Of a stretch of DNA of 64,000 nucleotides, positions 56,476-64,000 are shown piece by piece (position 1 is the first letter of the stretch; the number at the start of each line of letters is the position of its first letter). The stretch lies in assembly GCA_905187695.1 (NCBI GenBank), contig CAJJIY010000003.1:4812-68811 (forward strand), given 5' to 3'. The notes under the pieces are model-generated. The model was not told the DNA's origin, searched no databases, and saw only the letters and a list, made by a program, of their open reading frames with translations. The stretch comes from an uncultured Eubacteriales bacterium. GTDB taxonomy: Bacteria; Bacillota; Clostridia; Oscillospirales; CAG-272. The position numbers and the translations under genes are program-made.

Positions 56476-57288
56476 GTGGAATCGACGGATTCCTTTGACA
56501 AAATGTATTATGAGAAAGGAAAAAGATGTATGACAAATAGCAAATATTACAGAGTTGGAGCATTTTTTAGAAGCGAGGATAGCAAGCAGATTATCATTCA
56601 GGTTCATGACCGTAAGGAGGCAGAAGCATGGGTGCCTCGAGTCAAGGAGATGCTCTATCCCGGCGAGAACACAGAAAATTACAGAGTGAGCATTTTTGAG
56701 TTCAAGTTGCAGATAAATCTGAGCAATCTGAACCATTATCGAATCACCGTTGAACGCCCAGTAAAACGCGAGTTTAAGAATTGGGAAGAAGAAAACATCT
56801 ACGATAACTCACTTGCCTTTGATGGCATTGTAGAAGCTGAAGATGAGGAAAGCGCCAAGAGTAAATTTATCGAAGAATGGTTCGAGTTTTATTCACTTGG
56901 TAAAAAGCCGGAAGAGTATGACCTGTATGTAGATGAAGTTCCGGTGAAGGAACTGATTGAAAAGGAGCAAAGAATGCTTCGTCAAAGGCTCATAAGCAGC
57001 TATGCTCGTGATCGTTACGGCGATATGCCGGTTCGAGAATTCTGCAAAATGATGAGGCAGGATGAATCTCCCGAGAAGGATAAGATGTTTTATGAAGAAC
57101 TCAAAAATCATCTGCATCGCCTCCGCATCGTGGAATATCTTGAAAAAAGGTTAGACCTTGAACGGATCACGCACGCAGAGTTCAATCGAATTTGTGACGA
57201 GTTGTGTGCGGCAAAAGTTGGTGACGAATTTGAAAGAATTAAGCGTGCCGCAACTGAGAAATACGGAAAGGAAGGTATAACCGATTGA
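56476..57288 (+). CDS. Hypothetical protein (acidic, helical, no recognised domain)
   Basis: 270 aa ORF with a GTG start after an AGGAGG RBS. Alternative ATG starts at 56503 and 56530. Confidence 0.45.
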   Translation: MESTDSFDKMYYEKGKRCMTNSKYYRVGAFFRSEDSKQIIIQVHDRKEAEAWVPRVKEMLYPGENTENYRVSIFEFKLQINLSNLNHYRITVERPVKREFKNWEEENIYDNSLAFDGIVEAEDEESAKSKFIEEWFEFYSLGKKPEEYDLYVDEVPVKELIEKEQRMLRQRLISSYARDRYGDMPVREFCKMMRQDESPEKDKMFYEELKNHLHRLRIVEYLEKRLDLERITHAEFNRICDELCAAKVGDEFERIKRAATEKYGKEGITD

Positions 57289-57315
57289 AATATTTATTTT
57301 TTGATATAGAGTGTG

Positions 57316-57340
57316 CAGATGGTGGTAAAGCCACCATCTG
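57316..57340 (+). terminator. Hairpin terminator abutting the IS insertion
   Basis: 10-bp stem cagatggtgg/ccaccatctg with a 5-nt loop. The downstream T-run is probably displaced by the IS. Confidence 0.45.
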
Positions 57341-57341
57341 T

Positions 57342-58931
57342 CAGTCTGTCGAAAAACGGTCATCAAGGGAAAGTCGAGAAGGGATTTTTGGAAAATAGAC
57401 GAGAGAAAAAGGAGAAAAAAGCAAAGAAATCGGAGGGATGGTTATCTCTCCACTTTCTTTTTGCGAATTTTTTGAGATTCATGGCAGCAAATTTAAGCCT
57501 TACCCAATTAGAGACTTGGGCGAGGCCGCGGTAGGGTGTATAACGCATCGCGTGTTTTTCTTTTGCATCCGCAAAGACCCGTTCAATGGTTTCTTTGCGT
57601 TGCTTGTAAAGGTCGGCATACTTGGGAGTATAGCGTGCGTCATCGGCAAGCTCTTCGTAATCCTTCCAAATATGCCTTTGTACGACCTTCACAGAATCCT
57701 TGGAATGTGTGCAAAGATGTCTTTTCGGGCAATTCTTACATATTTCGGGATTGCTCTTGTATTCTCTGTATCCGTCTCGATTGGTCGTACTGTATGTAAG
57801 CGTATGGTACTCAGGACAAATGATGCAATCGTAATACTCATCGTATTCGTACTTCCACCATTCGTGTCCGCCGTCCATTGTTTGAGGTCTTTTGTATGCC
57901 GTACTGAGAACACGATTGTTATCAAATACCTTTTTGCAAATATGGGGAGTTTTGTAAGCACTGTCTGCTACAATGGTTTCTACCTCGGGAAACCTTTCGG
58001 TCACTTTTTCATATACGTCATCAAATGCTACGCTATCATGTACGTTGCCGGGAGTTATTATGGTTTCCAGTATATATCCGTGCTTATCACATGCGGTGTG
58101 TGCTTCGTATGCGAATTGTCTTTTGTGGTCGCCTTTTACGAAAAGTCCGCTGTCGGGGTCAGTTACACTTTGGATAACTGTCTTCATCTTTTTGCGGCGA
58201 GCTAATTTCTTCTTTGATGTATTCTTATTCGGCTTTGAGGGTTTGGGAGGCTCATTGTTGTGATGCTCGTCCTCAAACGGCTTTTTGCCGTGCTCCTCTC
58301 GGTCGGCATTGACCTCTTCCATCAGTTCCTTTGCATATCTTTTCGATGCTACGGGTACTTCTGCTTGTATCTTCTTTTTGTTGTTTGCGTTTGCCTTGAT
58401 GTGTGTGCCGTCGATGAATACCGCTGTGGGCGACAGATATCCCGCTTCCGCTATTTCGTTCAAGATCCAAGAAAATATCTGATCCACCGTTTCGCTTGTA
58501 AATCTGTGCCTGAAATTGTAGCTGAGTGTGGAAAAATGAGGCGTTTCATCCTGTAATCCATGCCCCAGAAACCAACGGTACGCCATATTCACTTTTACCT
58601 CTGATGCCGTTCTTCTCAGCGAAGGCAATCCGTACAGATGCTGGATCAACACCATTTTGACCGGCACTACGGGATCAATACTCGGTCTGCCATTGTCTTC
58701 ACTATACAGATCTTCTACCATCCCATAGAGCTTGTCAAAATCTACTGCAGCTTCAATCTTCCTGAGCAGATGATCCTTCGGTACAAGGTCTTCCAATCAT
58801 ACCATTGCCATGATATCTCTTCCGTTTTGCCCCTTGCTTAACATTTCTTCACCGCCTGTCTTTTCTCTCCTCTATTTTACCATATTCTAAGCAAAAAAGC
58901 CACCTTATATGGTGACTTTTTCGACAGTCTG
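57342..58931 (-). mobile_element. IS1182-family insertion sequence (about 1.6 kb)
   Basis: Terminal inverted repeats CAGTCTGTCGAAAAA (57342-57356) and TTTTTCGACAGTCTG (58917-58931) match at 14/15 positions and enclose a single DDE transposase gene. Confidence 0.8.
57363..58796 (-). CDS. IS1182-family DDE transposase (N-terminus interrupted by an in-frame TGA)
   Basis: 477 aa from TTG 58796. LEDLVPKDHLLRKIEAAVDF..RPSIDPVV..YGLPSLRR is the typical IS1182 N-terminal region. 15 further in-frame codons, MLSKGQNGRDIMAMV, lie upstream of the TGA at 58799-58797. Confidence 0.85.
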   Translation of the reverse strand: MEDLVPKDHLLRKIEAAVDFDKLYGMVEDLYSEDNGRPSIDPVVPVKMVLIQHLYGLPSLRRTASEVKVNMAYRWFLGHGLQDETPHFSTLSYNFRHRFTSETVDQIFSWILNEIAEAGYLSPTAVFIDGTHIKANANNKKKIQAEVPVASKRYAKELMEEVNADREEHGKKPFEDEHHNNEPPKPSKPNKNTSKKKLARRKKMKTVIQSVTDPDSGLFVKGDHKRQFAYEAHTACDKHGYILETIITPGNVHDSVAFDDVYEKVTERFPEVETIVADSAYKTPHICKKVFDNNRVLSTAYKRPQTMDGGHEWWKYEYDEYYDCIICPEYHTLTYSTTNRDGYREYKSNPEICKNCPKRHLCTHSKDSVKVVQRHIWKDYEELADDARYTPKYADLYKQRKETIERVFADAKEKHAMRYTPYRGLAQVSNWVRLKFAAMNLKKFAKRKWRDNHPSDFFAFFSFFSRLFSKNPFSTFP

Positions 58932-59103
58932 AGGGTGGGGTTTTTCCCCCAGCCTACTTTTTAAACGAATCTAACATCTCTATGCGGTCTGGATCAAATC
59001 ATCCCAGCCCACTTTTTTGTGTGATTTGGTTGTGGCCCCAAGGGCCACGACCACATTAAAAGTCGAAACATTATGGGCGCTCAAAAAAATTTTGCAAAAA
59101 TAT

Positions 59104-59176
59104 GAAACATTTTGTTCCAAACCTATTGACAAGAGGAAAATCCTGTGTTATAATGTCGAATGGAACAATTTGTTCC
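59104..59176 (+). promoter_or_regulatory. Consensus promoter flanked by two 15-bp palindromic operator candidates
   Basis: GAAACATTTTGTTCC (59104-59118); -35 TTGACA (59126-59131); 17-nt spacer; -10 TATAAT (59149-59154); GGAACAATTTGTTCC (59162-59176, a 7+1+7 palindrome). Confidence 0.6.
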
Positions 59177-59187
59177 AAGGAGAAGCG

Positions 59188-59808
59188 ATGAGTAGAACTG
59201 CCGATTCGAAAAAGCAGATCATCCTTGACTTCATCAACGAATACTACGGAAGCTGCGGTGAAACGCCCACAGTGCGTGACATCGCAGCAGGGACAGGTAT
59301 TGCCGTTACGAGCGTACATCGTTATCTTTCTGCCATGAAAGAAGACGGCGAGCTGGAATACAACGGTCGCCGTTCCGTCAGCACTCGCCGCATGGAGATG
59401 GAGCAGGTCGCTCACGCCATGCCCGTGCTTGGCTACGTAGCCTGCGGAGAAGGTCAGGAAGAAACCGAGCAGGTCATCGAATACATTCGCATGCCCGAAT
59501 CCTTGGTTGGCAAGGGCGAATTCTTTGCGCTGATTGCAAAGGGCGAATCGATGATCGACGCAGGGATTCATCCCGGCGATTACGTGATGATCCGCAAGCA
59601 GAACACCGCAGAGATCGGTGACATTGTCGTTGCACTTGATGGGGGACTCAACAACCTGAAAGTCCTCGGCTTCAACAATGCCAAGGGCAGATATTTCCTC
59701 CGCTCCTGCAACGAGGACAAAGAACGCTATGGTGACATCTATCCCAAAGAACTCCGGATCCAGGGCGTTGCCGTTTGTGTTGCACACAGGCTCAAAAAGA
59801 CGCTGTAA
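59188..59808 (+). CDS. LexA-like S24 autopeptidase repressor
   Basis: Start at ATG 59188. The N-terminal winged helix resembles LexA (KKQIILDFINEYYG..PTVRDIAAGTGIAVTSVHRYL). PVLGYVACGEG is the cleavage region. GESMIDAGIHPGDYVMI carries the Ser and NNLKVLG the Lys. Confidence 0.8.
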   Translation: MSRTADSKKQIILDFINEYYGSCGETPTVRDIAAGTGIAVTSVHRYLSAMKEDGELEYNGRRSVSTRRMEMEQVAHAMPVLGYVACGEGQEETEQVIEYIRMPESLVGKGEFFALIAKGESMIDAGIHPGDYVMIRKQNTAEIGDIVVALDGGLNNLKVLGFNNAKGRYFLRSCNEDKERYGDIYPKELRIQGVAVCVAHRLKKTL

Positions 59809-59915
59809 CCTTACCTTTCACATAACAGCATCTTTGCCGATTCACAATTGAATATTTCTTTATCTATCGCGCAAAAAACACGATTCATCCTCCCGACCTC
59901 TTAACCGGGAATCAA

Positions 59916-60006
59916 GGGTAGGTATCTGTTGCGTTAGAGTGTACATAGGAAAACCATAAGTTTTGGCTTATGTTTTTTCGTTATGCTCTGCAACAGATGC
60001 CTACCC
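59916..60006 (+). terminator. Large compound hairpin followed by a T-run (terminator or structured RNA)
   Basis: Outer 17-bp arms gggtaggtatctgttgc/gcaacagatgcctaccc (16/17 paired). Inner hairpin cataag/cttatg. Followed by TTTTTTGTGTTTTC. Confidence 0.5.
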
Positions 60007-60469
60007 TTTTTTGTGTTTTCAAAAATAAGGCAGAAGAAAAGCAGAGCCACATATCGGGAAACGAGGTGACAGGCTCATTTCTCAAACAAAAATCTATTTA
60101 GGAAAGGAGGTTTGAAAAAGAACGCTTCCACGCCGAAGATTGAGCAGGGTTGTTGAAGCGCAGCCAATGCATGGGGCAACCGTCCGCTCCACCCTCATTC
60201 AACTGGAGATACCCCACATCGATCAAGGGCGCGAGAGCATCAGAATCCGCGATACACGCCCCATGTATCGAGTGCCTCAAGTGACTCTGTTTCTTCTGCT
60301 CTTACAGATTCCGTCCCTTTCGTCCCTTGCGTTCCTGCACAGGATGTCGGATGAAGCGTTTATCGCGCGCCAGTTTCGCCTTTGTATTACGACCGCCGAT
60401 TTCGGCGGCCGCAAAGGCATCGGGCTAAGCCCATACCCCTATTATATTTTACAAGAAAGGAGTCCTTGA

Positions 60470-60790
60470 ATGGACAATCAAGACACTAAAAGTTCAATCA
60501 TTGCATTCAGAGTCACGCCCGAGGAAAGAGCGTGGATCGAGAAATATTCCTACGGTAATTATCGCGTCATCAGCGATTTTGTTCGGGATTGTATCTTCGA
60601 AAAAGACATCGTTATCGTCAAAGGCCTCGATGAATTCTCAAATGAATTACGGCGCATCGGGAACAATCTCAACCAGCTCACACGAACTGTCAACGCAGGG
60701 TACGTCCGCGCTGTTGACCTCACCGAAACCAAGGAGGAGGTGGAAAAACTGTGGCAATCGTTAAATTCGTTACTGCGCGATGCCCTATGA
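60470..60790 (+). CDS. mobC: MobC-family relaxosome accessory protein
   Basis: 106 aa. Hallmark ELRRIGNNLNQLTRTVN. N-terminal RHH-like segment. Confidence 0.8.
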   Translation: MDNQDTKSSIIAFRVTPEERAWIEKYSYGNYRVISDFVRDCIFEKDIVIVKGLDEFSNELRRIGNNLNQLTRTVNAGYVRAVDLTETKEEVEKLWQSLNSLLRDAL

Positions 60791-61737
60791 ATAATATCTT
60801 TCCGTATGTGATGAATCCCAAGAAAACGGATGGCGGTGTCCTCGTCTCAGGCATCAATTGTATGCCCGAAACCGCGCTGAATGAATTCCGTTTTGTCAAA
60901 AATAAATTCGGCAAGACAGACGGCAGACAGTACTATCATATCGTGCAATCCTTCAGTCCGGACGATAATCTTGACGCTGAAACCGCCCATGAGATTGGTC
61001 TGAAGTTTGCCGAATTCTTTCCCGGATATCAGATTGTAGTCGCCAGCCATTGCAATACTTCACACCTCCACAACCACATCATAATGAACTCCGTGAACAT
61101 GGAAAACGGCAAAAAGTTTCACCAAACAGCACGCGAGCTGGCGCGGGTAAAGGAATATTCCAACAAGCTTTGTCAGGAGTATGGGCTCTCGGTTACCGAG
61201 GTGAAATCCTCCGCTCAGCTGTACCACAAGTGGAAGGATATGCTTATCAGAAAGGCCTTTTTCATTGCCAATCGCACACGTTCCAAGGAAGAATTCATCT
61301 GGGAGATGGAGATGCACGGCTACAAGGTTGACTGGAAGGACAACCATAAGTATATCACTTTAACCACGCCCGACGGTCATAAATGCCGTGACAACAAGCT
61401 CTTTGCAGAGCAGCTCCTGCGAAAGAATCTGGAGATCTACTATCTCCTCGGCGGTTGTGAATCGGGGCTTGCGGATCAGTACAAGTCGTATGTCAACGAC
61501 CTTCGACCTGAACACAGCTACACGGTGGGCGACGGACTCTTCAATCTTTTGAAAAATCTGCTCGAAACCATGCCCTACGATGAATTATTCACCCCGCCGG
61601 TTGAAGACCATCAGCTCGACAAAATGACTGTGATGATGCTGGAGATGATGGGCATCAAGGTCGAGCCTAAAGCTCTCATTTACTATTCCGCTAATAATCA
61701 GCAGGAGGAAGAACAAGGCTATGGACTTTGGATGTAA
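60751..61737 (+). CDS. Relaxase/mobilisation nuclease (MobA/VirD2-type)
   Basis: 328 aa. QYYHIVQSFSPDD and the histidine triad HCNTSHLHNHIIMNSV. Overlaps mobC. Confidence 0.85.
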   Translation: MAIVKFVTARCPMNNIFPYVMNPKKTDGGVLVSGINCMPETALNEFRFVKNKFGKTDGRQYYHIVQSFSPDDNLDAETAHEIGLKFAEFFPGYQIVVASHCNTSHLHNHIIMNSVNMENGKKFHQTARELARVKEYSNKLCQEYGLSVTEVKSSAQLYHKWKDMLIRKAFFIANRTRSKEEFIWEMEMHGYKVDWKDNHKYITLTTPDGHKCRDNKLFAEQLLRKNLEIYYLLGGCESGLADQYKSYVNDLRPEHSYTVGDGLFNLLKNLLETMPYDELFTPPVEDHQLDKMTVMMLEMMGIKVEPKALIYYSANNQQEEEQGYGLWM

Positions 61738-61788
61738 TCAAATATTGCGCCGCAAAACAAAGAAAAAGACAATTTAGGAAGGAATTTA

Positions 61789-62052
61789 ATGACAGAAGAA
61801 AAAAAGACAAATCAACAGGAAATCGACACTGGCTTCCGCACGCCCGATGGCGATTATCAGAGAAGCATTGACAAGCACTTGACTCGTCTTTCCTTAGTGA
61901 AGGTTACGGAAAACGAAACATCCCTCACACGCAAATACAGCGTGGGCAGTATGAATTATACCGTACGTTCAGTATTTCCTCGCGCGGATAAGCCGACCAT
62001 CGAGGATAGCCTCAAGCATCTTATGACTCGGGAGGTAGAAAATGTCTCGTAA
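61789..62052 (+). CDS. Small protein, possibly TnpW-like
   Basis: 87 aa ORF with an AGGAAGG RBS, located between the relaxase and the serine recombinase, as in Tn4451-type elements. The sequence-level assignment is unverified. Confidence 0.35.
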   Translation: MTEEKKTNQQEIDTGFRTPDGDYQRSIDKHLTRLSLVKVTENETSLTRKYSVGSMNYTVRSVFPRADKPTIEDSLKHLMTREVENVS

Positions 62053-62144
62053 GTTAACAAAAAGTTATCTGGACTTTCAAACCCAGTTGGAGTATACTTG
62101 GATTGCGGAAATCTGTATCCGCACCCAACTCTCAATCGGTTTGA

Positions 62145-63830
<1,686 letters not shown>

Positions 63831-63846
63831 ATCCAAGCAACAGAAA

Positions 63847-63875
63847 AGGACAGACGACCTTAAATCGTCTGTCCT
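63847..63875 (+). terminator. Hairpin downstream of the recombinase gene
   Basis: 11-bp stem aggacagacga/tcgtctgtcct with a 7-nt loop. The T-tract is weak. Confidence 0.5.
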
Positions 63876-63901
63876 TGTCTGAAAAGTACGCCTTTACGCT
63901 A

Positions 63902-63919
63902 TAACATCCTTATGAGAAG
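63902..63919. repeat. Right terminal inverted repeat of the element
   Basis: TAACATCCTTATGAGAAG, the exact reverse complement of 47595-47612. Followed by GA at 63920-63921. Confidence 0.8.
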
Positions 63920-63947
63920 GAGCGTAAACCGGCGGCTTTTTTGTGGG

Positions 63948-64000
63948 TCAATGGCTGTGCCTGATCAGGCCGAAGGCCTTGGAAAGCTCCATCACAAGGA
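63948..64000 (-). CDS. 3' end of a host gene running off the window (unknown product)
   Basis: The reverse strand reads ..ELSKAFGLIRHSH followed by a stop (TCA at 63948-63950). G+C is host-like. It lies just outside the reconstituted terminator. Only 17 codons are visible. Confidence 0.25.
   Translation of the reverse strand, partial: LVMELSKAFGLIRHSH

Noticed and set aside
60140-60469. 109-aa plus-strand ORF upstream of mobC
   Set aside because: It has no RBS, an implausible composition and overlapping inverted repeats. It is treated as non-coding (oriT candidate).

Overview
The window looks like chromosome from a high-G+C Clostridia-type Firmicute; this is an inference from gene content and Gram-positive RBS and promoter signals. 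It has two parts.

**1. Host chromosome, 1-47.6 kb**
- The origin-proximal partition cluster is on the minus strand: parB (partial), soj, a long ParB/Noc-like paralog, rsmG and mnmG. Four parS-like sites sit between soj and the paralog.
- After that come housekeeping and catabolic genes:
  - an ACT/UPF0210 gene pair and a split transketolase;
  - an RpiR-controlled 10-gene sugar or amino-sugar operon combining IolB/IolC/IolJ-like, NagA/NagB-like and FGGY kinase genes with an FAD oxidase, an Fe-S protein and a fused EtfB-EtfA;
  - uppP, rarA and a U32 peptidase;
  - a TetR regulator next to a membrane glycosyltransferase;
  - the nucleoside salvage cluster deoC-deoD-deoB-cdd-pdp;
  - purB, comM and a BspA-type LRR lipoprotein.

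**2. Inserted element, 47,595-63,919**
- This 16.3 kb segment is visibly lower in G+C (judged by eye, not computed).
- It is bounded by perfect 18-bp inverted repeats and direct GA dinucleotides, and it splits a host terminator hairpin.
- Its right arm is a Tn4451-like mobilisable-transposon backbone: a LexA-like repressor, MobC, a relaxase, a small TnpW-like ORF and a large serine recombinase.
- An IS1182-family element sits inside it.
- Its cargo is a tightly coupled 9-gene minus-strand operon: Smr-like protein, HAD, viperin-like radical SAM, deacetylase-like protein, HAD, two GT4 glycosyltransferases, WecB and WecC. The operon has no flippase, polymerase or exporter, and it lies divergent from an XRE regulator.

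The cargo operon is the most interesting candidate for an undescribed system. No rRNA, tRNA or CRISPR array was seen.

All functional calls come from motif recognition by eye. No database search was run.
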